DNA of 60,769 nucleotides from a virus (taxonomy: Duplodnaviria > Caudoviricetes). Shown piece by piece: positions 1-9,483 of the stretch. The stretch is taken from IMG/VR virus record IMGVR_UViG_3300009182_004229, positions 1 through 60,769 of that record; one strand, 5' to 3'. The notes beneath the pieces are model-generated. The model saw only the letters and a list, made by a program, of their open reading frames with translations. It was not told the DNA's origin and made no database searches. The translations under genes and the position numbers were made by a program. How positions within the stretch are numbered: position 1 is the stretch's first letter; the number at the start of each line of letters is the position of its first letter.

Positions 1-1053
1 CAGACTGGTCACACGGGCAACACTGGTGTGACTGGTCCCACTGGTTTCAACGGTACCACTGCCAGCTTGAATGTCACCGGCGTTGCGCTGGTCAACAGCT
101 TGGTCAGCAACACCAACGTGTTTGGCTCAACTGCACAGACCAGCGGCACAGCACTGTTTAATGCTGTGGTCAGCAACACCAACGTGACCGCGGGCACGCT
201 CAACACCACGGGCACAGCAGTGGCCAACGTGTTTGCCAGCAACGTCTACGGTTTGTTTGGTCAGAATGTCACCGTTAACAGCACCAATGCTGCTACCAGC
301 ACTGGAACGGGTGCGCTGCAGGTCAAGGGTGGCATAGGAGCCACTGGCAACGTCTGGGTAGGTAACCTCTTTGTGGCTGCTGGTACCACAGCCACTGCCA
401 GCATAAACTTCACCAGCGGCAGCTTGATGACCACGCCTACTGCAGGTGGCATGGAATATGATGGCAAGATCATCTACGCAACACCAAGCGATTCTCAGCG
501 CGGCGTAATGCCTGCGGAACAGTGGTATGAGCTGGCACAGCTGCGCACGCTGCCTCTGACTAACCAATCACCTGCATCTGCTGGTGCTGGCGCCAACGTG
601 TTCACGCTCAGTGCCAACGTGTCGGCCAACACTCGCTATGCTTACGAGATCTGGGCCAGCGTGCTCAGGACTCAAACTGGAGCTGGCACAGGCGGCCTTC
701 AATATGCTGTAGCTGGGACTGCCACGCTGACCGAACACAACTACGTGGCCTACACCAACACATCAGCCAGCAACGTAACCATAGCTGCCACCAACAGCAT
801 GTACAGCAACGTCACAGCAGGATTCAACACCTTTGTCAGCATCACGGCAAGTCCCGGTGCAGGATCGTTCAACCATGCGTTCAACATCAAGGGCGTGATA
901 GGCGTGAGCGGCAGCGGCACAGTTACGCCCCAGATCACAATCAGCGGTGGTGCCGATCCCACGGTGTTCCAGGTAGCACCAGGCAGCTGGATGAGGATAT
1001 ACCCCATAGGCAACACCACCAGTGGTAACCTAGCCGTGGGTAACTGGAGCTAG
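1..1053 (+). CDS. Tail fibre/collagen-like virion protein, C-terminal part (5' truncated by window edge)
   Basis: Frame is open from base 1 ([19 protein letters not shown] triplets), followed by T/G/N/A-rich fibre-like sequence including [14 protein letters not shown]. Confidence 0.7.
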   Translation, partial: QTGHTGNTGVTGPTGFNGTTASLNVTGVALVNSLVSNTNVFGSTAQTSGTALFNAVVSNTNVTAGTLNTTGTAVANVFASNVYGLFGQNVTVNSTNAATSTGTGALQVKGGIGATGNVWVGNLFVAAGTTATASINFTSGSLMTTPTAGGMEYDGKIIYATPSDSQRGVMPAEQWYELAQLRTLPLTNQSPASAGAGANVFTLSANVSANTRYAYEIWASVLRTQTGAGTGGLQYAVAGTATLTEHNYVAYTNTSASNVTIAATNSMYSNVTAGFNTFVSITASPGAGSFNHAFNIKGVIGVSGSGTVTPQITISGGADPTVFQVAPGSWMRIYPIGNTTSGNLAVGNWS

Positions 1054-1394
1054 TCTCCAGTACCTGGGAGCGGGCTGAAATACTTCTCAAACTTGTTGGG
1101 TTCACCATCATAGTCCCTGGCATGATCCTCATGCGGGCGAGCCTTGGTGACCTGAGGCCATGTCCTGCTGTACTCGTCGTTGAGATTGAGCCAACGTGTG
1201 AGATCCTGTCGCTTGTCAGTGTCTGGACGGATCGCATCGGCTGGACACTCTGGCTCGCAGACGCCGCAGTCTATGCACTCGTCTGGATTGATCACCAACA
1301 TGTTCTCGCCTTCGTAGAAACAGTCCACTGGGCATACCTGCACACAGTCCATGTATTTGCATTTGATGCAGTTGTCTACGACCACGTATGTCAT
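1050..1394 (-). CDS. fdxA: 7Fe ferredoxin, FdxA type
   Basis: [29 protein letters not shown]...[13 protein letters not shown]; C-terminus [14 protein letters not shown] is typical of alphaproteobacterial FdxA. Confidence 0.95.
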   Translation of the reverse strand: MTYVVVDNCIKCKYMDCVQVCPVDCFYEGENMLVINPDECIDCGVCEPECPADAIRPDTDKRQDLTRWLNLNDEYSRTWPQVTKARPHEDHARDYDGEPNKFEKYFSPLPGTGD

Positions 1395-1427
1395 TGTTGA
1401 TCCTTGGCTTGATGTACAGTAATTATA

Positions 1428-2129
1428 TCAGCTGTTGCGCTGCGGGTCAAGCTGCCAAGCCACATAAGGTGGTGCTCGCCAGGGTATGTTTCGTTCGGTC
1501 ATCACAGTCTGCAGCACTGCTTCGGGCTTGTCAGCAGCTTCTATCCTCTGTCCCAGATCTCTGATGCTGCCATAGTTCCAAGCAGCATGCATCATGTCAG
1601 CCGGCGCTATGCCAAACTGATCGCAGATCCACAGATCCTCTGGGGCTATGTGTGGCGCATGCGGCGCCATAACTCCTGGCACATGAGGCGCTGTGTAGGC
1701 ACCCTGATCAAACCACTGAGGTATGTGAGGACCCAGCTGCATCACCAAGTCCGTGCGGGTGTGCACTATCCAATCATAGCTGTCTGCCATATAGATCAGG
1801 TCCAACGCAGTCTTGCTCTGGTAATACATGTTGAACACAGGGCGTATGTCTGCGCCATTGGGCAGCGTCTCGAGCGCAGTGGCACGAGCTATCTGTGCTT
1901 CTGTGGGTTCAGTCTGCATGATCACGTTGTCAAACAGATCCTGACTCAGCAGCTCAGTGGCGCGTTGGTCCTTCCATGACCGCCATGTGGCCAGATAGGT
2001 AGTGACGTCTGCGTTCTGCACTCCTTCAAACTGTGCCATGAACTCTCGCACGCGCTGTGCCGTGCTGGCCACGGTGGGACGCACTGGCCCCCTGAACAAT
2101 ACAGCTATCTTTGCCCTGCGCGGTTCCAT
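1428..2129 (-). CDS. Hypothetical protein, possible glycosyltransferase-like fold
   Basis: 233 aa; IAVLFRG start and YDWIVHTRTDL motif; resembles 24220..24966. Confidence 0.5.
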   Translation of the reverse strand: MEPRRAKIAVLFRGPVRPTVASTAQRVREFMAQFEGVQNADVTTYLATWRSWKDQRATELLSQDLFDNVIMQTEPTEAQIARATALETLPNGADIRPVFNMYYQSKTALDLIYMADSYDWIVHTRTDLVMQLGPHIPQWFDQGAYTAPHVPGVMAPHAPHIAPEDLWICDQFGIAPADMMHAAWNYGSIRDLGQRIEAADKPEAVLQTVMTERNIPWRAPPYVAWQLDPQRNS

Positions 2130-2178
2130 GTTTTTCTCCGAATATTGATCTATATTGCTGCCGTGCAGCCTAGATCAC

Positions 2179-2184
2179 TAAATA
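2179..2184 (+). promoter_or_regulatory. TAAATA late-promoter-like box
   Basis: Intergenic, upstream of the GNAT gene. Confidence 0.5.
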
Positions 2185-2239
2185 AATTCACTTTAGGACC
2201 TGGGTATACAAGTGATCCAGGAGCAGGGGGTTTCATGCA

Positions 2240-2770
2240 GTGTACAACCTACCTCTATCTGGCACAGAGCCAGCTCCATTCCGACGTGCCACCTTCGTTG
2301 ACATGCATCATGTGTGGCACATCGTGTACCATGCCTACTCAGCTTATATCCCGCTGCTAGGCCGCACACCACCAACGTTTCTCGAGGATTTTGACGGTCA
2401 CATAGCTGCCAAGAACCTGTGGCTCAGAGACAGCACAGATGGCGTGAATGCCATGGTTGTGTTGACTCCCGCTGATGATCATCTCATGATACAGGCACTG
2501 TGCGTGAATCCTGCCAGCCAAGGGCAGGGACTGGGCCAACAGACCCTGGCATTTGCCGAAAGCCGGGCTCGCACGCTGGGATTCTCAGAGCTGCGACTCT
2601 ACACCAACAGCAAGATGTCGCGCAATCTCAAGATTTATAGGCAGTGGGGCTTTCGCGAGACTCATCGCGAAAGCTATGACTGGGGCAAGCGTGTGCATCT
2701 GCGCAAGATGCTCAAGGCTGCGCGAGTGATCAGGATGCGTCGGCCAGCCTTGCTTCCAGTAGCAGCCTAA
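2240..2770 (+). CDS. GNAT family N-acetyltransferase
   Basis: Motif A VNPASQGQGLGQ and LYTNSKMSRNLKIYRQWGF. Confidence 0.85.
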   Translation: MYNLPLSGTEPAPFRRATFVDMHHVWHIVYHAYSAYIPLLGRTPPTFLEDFDGHIAAKNLWLRDSTDGVNAMVVLTPADDHLMIQALCVNPASQGQGLGQQTLAFAESRARTLGFSELRLYTNSKMSRNLKIYRQWGFRETHRESYDWGKRVHLRKMLKAARVIRMRRPALLPVAA

Positions 2771-3548
2771 CATTTTCTGCTAGATCGCGGTCATAGCCAG
2801 CGTCTGTGTCGTTGAGAGCGGGCAGGTTCTTCAGCGCCCAGACCCAGTAATCGTCTGGGATCTCAGTCAGTGCCACACCGCGATACTTGCCAAAGGGCCA
2901 AACTGCGATCTGGATCGTGCTCCAGCACAGTGCATGTAGCTGACTGCCAAGGTCGGCGTCGAGGCTTAGCAGGTCTTTCTCCACACCAATGCTGATCAAA
3001 CGTTCCAGCAGCAGCGCACACATCAGCGTATCGGCACCAGCCCTGTGGCTAACATGGCTATCTGGTACAGGCAGATCCAACAGATATCTGAGATAATTGA
3101 GACCGTATTCGATATCTCCAAAGTCGTGACCCAGGATCTGCTTGCTGAGCCGCCATGTGCAGATCCAATCTGATTGGTCACGCGAGCTAGCCACGTCTGC
3201 TGCGCTGCCACAGCGATCCCAAGCTGCAGCCAGCACTGCCTGGTCATAACTGCAGTTGTGTGCTACGAAGTACTTGGCTTTATCCCAAGCTAGCATGTCT
3301 TTGATTTCTTTGGTGCATTGATCCCAATATGGCTGATCTTGGATCATCCTGGGGCTAATGTTGTTCTTAGCGCTGGCAGCCGGAGGGATGCCCTGGCGTG
3401 CGTTGAACAGCCTGTCTCGGATAACCCAACCATTGCTATCGTCAAACCTGGCACTGGCCAGTTCCACGATCTCTGCTTGTTCGGCTATGAGATTGGTAGT
3501 TTCAGTGTCAAGTACCGTGACTTCAGTGAGGAATTTACGTGTGTTCAT
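2730..3548 (-). CDS. DEDDh 3'-5' exonuclease (ExoX/DnaQ-like) with C-terminal PFGKY domain
   Basis: LDTETT, AHNCSYD and HRAGAD motifs; WPFGKYRG tail. Confidence 0.88.
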   Translation of the reverse strand: MNTRKFLTEVTVLDTETTNLIAEQAEIVELASARFDDSNGWVIRDRLFNARQGIPPAASAKNNISPRMIQDQPYWDQCTKEIKDMLAWDKAKYFVAHNCSYDQAVLAAAWDRCGSAADVASSRDQSDWICTWRLSKQILGHDFGDIEYGLNYLRYLLDLPVPDSHVSHRAGADTLMCALLLERLISIGVEKDLLSLDADLGSQLHALCWSTIQIAVWPFGKYRGVALTEIPDDYWVWALKNLPALNDTDAGYDRDLAENVRLLLEARLADAS

Positions 3549-3554
3549 GCTGTG

Positions 3555-3583
3555 AATATAGCACGGTTATCCGGCACTGTCTA
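3555..3583 (-). promoter_or_regulatory. Sigma70-type promoter (TAGACA-17-TATATT, extended -10 TG)
   Basis: -10 ends 6 nt before the exonuclease ATG at 3548. Confidence 0.55.
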
Positions 3584-3586
3584 CCG

Positions 3587-4063
3587 TTATTGTATGAAGA
3601 ACGTGTATTGGTTGTAGTAGTGGAACTGCAGATAGTAAGCGTTCTGCATGTTGTCTATGTTCTGAACATTCAACCAGTAGGCAGGGATATCGCCCGTGCC
3701 CAGCTGATTCACGTTCAGAGGCATGTGTGCCTGCGCGGGCTTAGCTTGGTCCCTGTTCAGGGTATCTGCGTAGTAGCACACGGTGCAGCCAAGGCCGTTG
3801 AGATTGATGCGGTTGCCTGCCATGCCAGGTGGTATCACGTTGATACCGTTGGGATCTATGCTGAGCCACATCAGCATGGTACCCTGCTGCTGGCTCCAGA
3901 ACGTGCTTTGGTTGCCAGTGACCACGCACTGCTGCCAATCAGGCGCCAGCCTCATGGGCCAACAGTCAGTTTGGCTGGCTGGTATGGTATATTGGAATGT
4001 GGGGCTGTAGTCCTGTCGGATGTTCACGCCCGGCTGTGTGAGAGGTAAGGGATAGTAGACCAT
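3587..4063 (-). CDS. Hypothetical late (possibly virion) protein
   Basis: 158 aa ORF with TAAATATC box just upstream. Confidence 0.6.
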   Translation of the reverse strand: MVYYPLPLTQPGVNIRQDYSPTFQYTIPASQTDCWPMRLAPDWQQCVVTGNQSTFWSQQQGTMLMWLSIDPNGINVIPPGMAGNRINLNGLGCTVCYYADTLNRDQAKPAQAHMPLNVNQLGTGDIPAYWLNVQNIDNMQNAYYLQFHYYNQYTFFIQ

Positions 4064-4068
4064 GCTGA

Positions 4069-4085
4069 TATTTATGGGCTAAATA
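4069..4085. promoter_or_regulatory. Back-to-back divergent TAAATA late-promoter-like boxes
   Basis: TATTTA at 4069-4074 (minus) and TAAATA at 4080-4085 (plus) between divergent genes. Confidence 0.7.
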
Positions 4086-4110
4086 TCCAACATCAATCCT
4101 GCGAGTGCCC

Positions 4111-5064
4111 ATGAGCGTTTATTCATATCCCGTAGTTAACCAACAGGGTCCAACAGGCCCCACAGGTCCCCTTGGTGGTCCCACAGGTCCTGCTGGCGCG
4201 CCCGGCACGGCTGTGAACACTGGCGCTACTGGTCCCACAGGGCAGCAGGGTCCTCAGGGTGTGGCTGGCACGGCCACTAACACTGGCGCTACTGGAGCCA
4301 CAGGACCGCGAGGTGCCACGGGTGCACCTGGTACCGCAACCAACACAGGTGCCATGGGTCCAACTGGGGCAACAGGTGGTCCAGGACTGCGCGGACCTAC
4401 TGGCGCACCCGGATCAGCCACGCTGACCGGCGCTACTGGACCCACGGGTTATACTGGCTACACAGGTCACACAGGTCCACAGGGACCAGGCAGCACTGTG
4501 AGCGGCCCCACAGGGCATACAGGACCTACTGGACCAGCCAGCATCATCACGGGCCCCACTGGATGGACGGGCAACACCGGACCTACTGGACCAGCCAGCG
4601 CTGTCACGGGTCCAACCGGTCCAGGTGTGGGTTCTACTGGACCCACGGGTGCAACTGGCACCACGGGACCCACGGGCAGCAGCTTGCCCAGCATCACCAC
4701 TGCCAGCGTGACCACCAGCAGCTTGGCCAACGGAGCCAACGCTCACGTGTTTGCCAGCGGTTTCACAGCCTATGGCCTGTTGAGCATAGAGACCAGTGCA
4801 GCTGCCTGGATCAGGATCTATACCAGCAACGCGGCGGTCACGGCTGACCAATCAAGGACCCAGGGCACAGATCCCGCGCCGGGCAGTGGTCTCATAGCCG
4901 AAGTGATAAACACAGGAGCCAACACGCAGGTCATATCTCCTGGCAGCCTGGGTTTCAGCAGCGAGATCTCACCTGCTACCAACATACCGCTGTCAGTGAC
5001 CAACAACAGCGGCAGCACGGTGGCCATCACAGTCACTCTCCAGCTCATACAGTTGGCGTCGTGA
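4111..5064 (+). CDS. Collagen-like (G-X-T repeat) fibre protein
   Basis: Long GPT/GAT/GHT triplet tract followed by a globular C-terminal domain; alternative GTG start at 4105. Confidence 0.85.
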   Translation: MSVYSYPVVNQQGPTGPTGPLGGPTGPAGAPGTAVNTGATGPTGQQGPQGVAGTATNTGATGATGPRGATGAPGTATNTGAMGPTGATGGPGLRGPTGAPGSATLTGATGPTGYTGYTGHTGPQGPGSTVSGPTGHTGPTGPASIITGPTGWTGNTGPTGPASAVTGPTGPGVGSTGPTGATGTTGPTGSSLPSITTASVTTSSLANGANAHVFASGFTAYGLLSIETSAAAWIRIYTSNAAVTADQSRTQGTDPAPGSGLIAEVINTGANTQVISPGSLGFSSEISPATNIPLSVTNNSGSTVAITVTLQLIQLAS

Positions 5065-5093
5065 TAGACATGGTGAGCGCATTGGTATATAAT
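5065..5093 (+). promoter_or_regulatory. Sigma70-type promoter (TAGACA-17-TATAAT)
   Basis: Near-consensus hexamers with 17 nt spacer; GAGGAG RBS follows. Confidence 0.6.
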
Positions 5094-5113
5094 GTGGCGA
5101 GGAGCGCGATCAG

Positions 5114-5323
5114 ATGGTAACACCAATCCCAGCCACAGGCACGGCCATCAGGATGGGCGGTGTGTGGGCAGCATACACAGCGGGTGCGCTACCACCTGGG
5201 GGAACCAATGTGAGCCTCAATGCCATGCTGGGTGTCAGCAAGAGCGGGCTGAGAACAGCAGGCCAGATCACTCCTTTGAGCGCAACTTTTGGCGGCAGGA
5301 TAGGACCATTCAACTACGTCTGA
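5114..5323 (+). CDS. Small hypothetical protein
   Basis: 69 aa with GAGGAG RBS; fills the intergenic gap. Confidence 0.6.
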   Translation: MVTPIPATGTAIRMGGVWAAYTAGALPPGGTNVSLNAMLGVSKSGLRTAGQITPLSATFGGRIGPFNYV

Positions 5324-5327
5324 TATC

Positions 5328-5356
5328 TTGACTGTGACATGCTCAAGTCCTACACT
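5328..5356 (+). promoter_or_regulatory. Sigma70-type promoter (TTGACT-17-TACACT)
   Basis: Intergenic, 17 nt spacer. Confidence 0.5.
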
Positions 5357-5370
5357 ATGAGATAATCACA

Positions 5371-6039
5371 GTGGAGATCAGCATGGAAATCGCACGCGCA
5401 AGAGACTTGTTGGATCGCATAGCCAGCAGGTCTGACTATGAGTTCCGTAACTTTGAGATGGAAGCACAGGGCAGCTGGCATCGCCAAGTGCGTTATGCCC
5501 TACGGCAGAAGGAGCAGCTCACCGACAGCATAGAAACACTTAACTCTGAGATTGACAGCCTACAGGCTGAGCTGAGTGCGCAGCAGCGCAAGATCACCGC
5601 AGAGATCAACCAGCTGGCACGACAGCGCCGCGACGCGGAACAGCAGCTCAAGCAGGTGGATAGCTGGATCGATACCTACGATGACGCAGAATTTGAAGAT
5701 GCTGTCAGTGGGTTTGAAGGCAGCGAAGGTGACAACTGGAGCGAGGTGCTGGGACGTGAAGTTGGTGTTGAGCTGCTGAGCGACAAGCAGACCAGCAAGC
5801 AGAGCCTGGGACAGCTGAGCTTGTTGCCTCTGGCAGACTACAAGAAGAGCGTGATCATCACCAACCAGTTTGCTACCTTCCTCAAGAAGACCGCTGAACA
5901 GGCAGAGCACAGCGCTGGCATCAACAGGCCCAATACCCTGCCGACTGCTGCTCCTGTGGCAGAACCAGCAGACGACCCTGTGGTCGAGACCAAGGCAGCA
6001 CCAGCCAAGACCGTGGCCAAGAAGACCAAGCGCAGCTGA
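5371..6039 (+). CDS. Coiled-coil hypothetical protein
   Basis: 222 aa, Q/E-rich heptad middle, basic tail; start may be 5383. Confidence 0.7.
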   Translation: MEISMEIARARDLLDRIASRSDYEFRNFEMEAQGSWHRQVRYALRQKEQLTDSIETLNSEIDSLQAELSAQQRKITAEINQLARQRRDAEQQLKQVDSWIDTYDDAEFEDAVSGFEGSEGDNWSEVLGREVGVELLSDKQTSKQSLGQLSLLPLADYKKSVIITNQFATFLKKTAEQAEHSAGINRPNTLPTAAPVAEPADDPVVETKAAPAKTVAKKTKRS

Positions 6040-6041
6040 CG

Positions 6042-6701
6042 ATGAGCAGCATGATTCGCCGTGCTCGTGCTCGCACCAGCCAGGTCAGCATCTGTGTGCC
6101 CTGCCGTGACAGCGTGCACGCAGCCTTTGCCTTTGATCTGGCCAAGCTGCTGCAGCACTGTGCCATGGCAGGCCTGGAGGTGCTACCACATTTCCACATA
6201 GGCACGCTGATAGTGAACCAACGTGAGCAGCTGGTCAACATGGCCCTTGAAGCTGGCAGCAGCCACGTGCTGTGGCTAGACAGCGACATGATGTTCCCAC
6301 CTGACACTGTGCAGCGTCTGCTGGCACATGATCTAGCCTTGGTAGCGGGCAACTACGTGACCAGGCAGTATCCACACAAGACCGTGGCCTACACTCAGCT
6401 GAACGATTGGACCAGCTATGTGATCAACGATGGCACAGAACCAGACCTCACGGCAGTGCAGGGCGTGGGCATGGGCTGCATGCTGGTAACCACTGATCTG
6501 CTGCGTGAAATGGCTGCGCCCAGGTTCCAGACAGTCTGGGTCCCAGAGTCAAGTGACCACATGGGCGAGGACTTTTATTTCTGTTCACAGGCTCGCCAGC
6601 TAGGACACGAGATATGGATCGATAATCTGCTTAGCAGGGATCTGCAGCATCTGGGAACCGTGGCTTTCAATCACAGCATGGTGAGGTCAGGGCTGCTGTG
6701 A
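6042..6701 (+). CDS. GT-A fold glycosyltransferase (GT2-like)
   Basis: LWLDSDM (DXD), GVGMGCML and GEDFYFC motifs. Confidence 0.75.
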   Translation: MSSMIRRARARTSQVSICVPCRDSVHAAFAFDLAKLLQHCAMAGLEVLPHFHIGTLIVNQREQLVNMALEAGSSHVLWLDSDMMFPPDTVQRLLAHDLALVAGNYVTRQYPHKTVAYTQLNDWTSYVINDGTEPDLTAVQGVGMGCMLVTTDLLREMAAPRFQTVWVPESSDHMGEDFYFCSQARQLGHEIWIDNLLSRDLQHLGTVAFNHSMVRSGLL

Positions 6702-6705
6702 CCGT

Positions 6706-6711
6706 TAAATA
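6706..6711 (+). promoter_or_regulatory. TAAATA late-promoter-like box
   Basis: Intergenic, followed by AGGAG RBS and ATG at 6729. Confidence 0.65.
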
Positions 6712-6728
6712 GTGGCACAGGAGCACGC

Positions 6729-7094
6729 ATGACCTTCCAGATATTCTCAGAGCTGAAACCCACGCAGTATGTCACAGTGCTCATGTACACGGCTCCTGGT
6801 GGCAGCAACAGCGGTGCACAGGGCAGCTTGCTGATAGTGAACCAAGGCAATCCAGAAGTCAACAGTGGCAACATTGACTTGGATCTTGGCCGAGACAGTG
6901 ACTACATCAGGGTGGGAATTAGCAACAGCTTGGTGCTATCAGATGATGGATTCATAGCCTATGACACCATGGTCCCGCCAAATCACATGACACAGCTGCA
7001 GGGACTGTGTTTGTCCAGCGGCAGCTGTCTTTTCGTGTACAGCCAAAAGGGCCAAACCAGCTTTGTGTACACTGGTACTACTGTTCCTGCCTAG
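6729..7094 (+). CDS. Hypothetical late protein
   Basis: 121 aa with RBS and upstream TAAATA. Confidence 0.65.
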   Translation: MTFQIFSELKPTQYVTVLMYTAPGGSNSGAQGSLLIVNQGNPEVNSGNIDLDLGRDSDYIRVGISNSLVLSDDGFIAYDTMVPPNHMTQLQGLCLSSGSCLFVYSQKGQTSFVYTGTTVPA

Positions 7095-7309
7095 CTGACT
7101 TCCTTGCCATCGCTGTAGAACTCCAACAGGCCAAGGCGCAGCACGAATGGGCTGCGTTTATTTCGTCTCCTCATGTGCATCACGTAGCCAGTGGGCATCT
7201 CCACTTCCATCTCAGCGTCTTGCTTGCGTATGATCACACCCTTGACCCTGCGTTCCGTGTCGCTGCACTCTATGTAAACCCTGTTCTTTGGCGGTTTTTC
7301 CTTGAGCAT
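7091..7309 (-). CDS. Small hypothetical protein
   Basis: 72 aa with GAAGGGA RBS; fills the gap. Confidence 0.6.
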   Translation of the reverse strand: MLKEKPPKNRVYIECSDTERRVKGVIIRKQDAEMEVEMPTGYVMHMRRRNKRSPFVLRLGLLEFYSDGKEVS

Positions 7310-7347
7310 CTGTGATCCCTTCTGCGAGCAGTGTGTGATCTCTGTTA

Positions 7348-9405
7348 TCAGAACCGCAAGTTATATCGCAGCATAGCCACGCCCTGCGTGCCAGCCTTGG
7401 CATCACCGTCCGGCTGCAGCCTCAGTCCCGCAGCTACCGTGAGCTTGCTGCGCTCGCTGAAGCTGTTGGTCCAGTAGGCCTGTAGATCCGTTTCCGTGCC
7501 AGTACCCACCAAGCTTATCCGCTGTGGTTGATAGCTGATGTTGCCATCAAAGTCACGGCTCACTGGCAAGCTGAGATTGGCCGAACCACTGATGCTGTGG
7601 TTTGGCAAGCTGGCCACGAGACCCAGCCTGTCTGACTCTGCGAACACACCCACCTTGCTGATGCCCAGCGCAGCACTGGCCAGCACCACTGGTTCCGTGC
7701 CACTGACCAATTGGTTCACGCCCGCCAGCTTGCTGATGCCAAGGCTACCGCTGGCATCCAGCTGATAGCCTGATCCCAGCTGCCATGCATGGCCCAGGCT
7801 AGCAAATGCCGTGTCGGCACCAGTGGCCAAGCTGCTACCCACAGCAGCCTGCTGCCCATAGAGGCTGTTTTCTTCGTGCACCATGCCCAGCTGCAGATCT
7901 CGCCACTGATAGAACGCACCCATGATCCTGGGCTGTGACAGCTGTTGCGGCGTCAGCAGTGGATCTGTGCTGTCAGGTGTTTGGTGTTGGCTGTACCATA
8001 CCGTAACACCCTGGCTGCTGATCAGCAGCTTTTGGTCCTGACCCATGCTGAGGTAAGGGTTACCAAGGCCCGGCAATGGCGTGACTGGAGCCAATCCCTG
8101 CGCGGCATTGGCATCATCCACCAAGCCTACCTTGAAGCCTGCGGCTTCTTGGACCAGGCTTTCCTGTCCAAACCTGGACAGCTGCGCTGTGAGATCCACT
8201 GTGCTTCTGCTGCTGGTCATCACGCTGTTGAGACCTAGGCTATAGGCGCGTCCATAGTCGTCCAGCACCATCATGCCATTGCCCAGGGTGTCAACGTGAC
8301 CAAATGTCGAGGGCAGGCTGAGCCCGCCTAGGGCCAGAGGTATGCTGCTGCTTTTCACGTCCGAGCCAGTGGGTATGACCACGGCACCCTGCGGTGCGGT
8401 GGCAGCAGCAAGATTGATCATGCCCTGCCCGTATATGGCAGAGTTGGCATAGATTCCTGTCTTGTTGGCGGTGCGCAGCAGCAGGCTGGTGATCTGCTGT
8501 CCAGTGAGATAGGGCCACTGCTGAATCAGCAGCGCGATACCACCGCTGACGATCGGCGCAGCAAAGCTGGTGCCGCTGCCCAGGGCCAGCTGGTTACCAT
8601 AGAGGCCCACGATGTTTGAACCCGGGGCTGTGAGGCAATAGCTGGCTGCTATACCGCATCTGTTGCTCCAGCTGGCTATGGCGCCGTTGGTGTCAGCAGC
8701 TGCTACCACGATCCAGCTGCCCAACAGCTTGCTGTTGATGCTGGGCAGGGTAGCATAGTAGTCTGGGCTGCTGGTACCGTAGTTGCCTGCGGCAAACACG
8801 TTTACCACGCCTCGGGCCGAGGCTTTCTCGTAGGCACTGATGGTCGCTGCGTTCTCTTTGAGCACAGCAGCAGTGCTGACCTGGCTCATCATGAGGTTGG
8901 TGCCCCAGCTGTTGTTGAACACCCGGGCACCGTTGTTGGCAGCATAGTTGATGCCCGCTGCCAGCTGGCCATCTGTCCAGCTGCCCTGACCCGAGCTGTT
9001 CATGACCTGTATGGGCAGTATCTTGGCGCTGCTGGCCACGCCATACATGGTCATTGCAGTGCCCTGTGTTTGAGTGTTGGCAGCTATGAGGCTGCTGACG
9101 AAGGTGCCGTGACCATTGCCGTCAGTGGTAACGCTACCACCAGTGTAGATGTTGTAGCCTGGCCCTGCGATGTTGCCCGAGAACTTGTAGCTGCTGGCGT
9201 TGATGCCCGTGTCAAACACGCCCACGGTCACGCCGCGTCCCGTGAGACCTCGCCCAATAGCCGTCTGCAGGTTGATGAACGGGTAAGCCCAGCTCACATA
9301 GTTCTGTCCGATGGGCACATAGTAGGCACCGAGGGTCTGTGTGTCGGCCCAGCTCTGGACAGCGCTGAGAGCCAGAAATGCGCAGGATATCAGCATCTTC
9401 TTCAT
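7348..9405 (-). CDS. Secreted S8 (subtilisin-like) serine protease with C-terminal beta-barrel-like domain
   Basis: Signal peptide MKKMLISCAFLALSAVQSWA; triad motifs VFDTG, NGHGTFVS and GTSFAAP; ends RYNLRF; AAAGGAG RBS supports start at 9405. Confidence 0.88.
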   Translation of the reverse strand: MKKMLISCAFLALSAVQSWADTQTLGAYYVPIGQNYVSWAYPFINLQTAIGRGLTGRGVTVGVFDTGINASSYKFSGNIAGPGYNIYTGGSVTTDGNGHGTFVSSLIAANTQTQGTAMTMYGVASSAKILPIQVMNSSGQGSWTDGQLAAGINYAANNGARVFNNSWGTNLMMSQVSTAAVLKENAATISAYEKASARGVVNVFAAGNYGTSSPDYYATLPSINSKLLGSWIVVAAADTNGAIASWSNRCGIAASYCLTAPGSNIVGLYGNQLALGSGTSFAAPIVSGGIALLIQQWPYLTGQQITSLLLRTANKTGIYANSAIYGQGMINLAAATAPQGAVVIPTGSDVKSSSIPLALGGLSLPSTFGHVDTLGNGMMVLDDYGRAYSLGLNSVMTSSRSTVDLTAQLSRFGQESLVQEAAGFKVGLVDDANAAQGLAPVTPLPGLGNPYLSMGQDQKLLISSQGVTVWYSQHQTPDSTDPLLTPQQLSQPRIMGAFYQWRDLQLGMVHEENSLYGQQAAVGSSLATGADTAFASLGHAWQLGSGYQLDASGSLGISKLAGVNQLVSGTEPVVLASAALGISKVGVFAESDRLGLVASLPNHSISGSANLSLPVSRDFDGNISYQPQRISLVGTGTETDLQAYWTNSFSERSKLTVAAGLRLQPDGDAKAGTQGVAMLRYNLRF

Positions 9406-9472
9406 GGCAGGACTCCTTTCCATTACAGCAATACTAACACAGATCTGTGCTTTCACAAGCGAAAAGATCGGC

Positions 9473-9478
9473 TAAATA
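9473..9478 (+). promoter_or_regulatory. TAAATA late-promoter-like box
   Basis: 5 nt upstream of the SOD ATG. Confidence 0.65.
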
Positions 9479-9483
9479 AGCAC

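Noticed and set aside
4147-4680. Repetitive DNA as a possible array or VNTR
   Set aside because: Explained by collagen G-X-T codons with variable wobble positions
9070-9483. N-terminal extension of the SOD ORF in the track (318 aa)
   Set aside because: It overlaps the S8 gene on the opposite strand; the TAAATA box and ATG at 9484 mark the likely start
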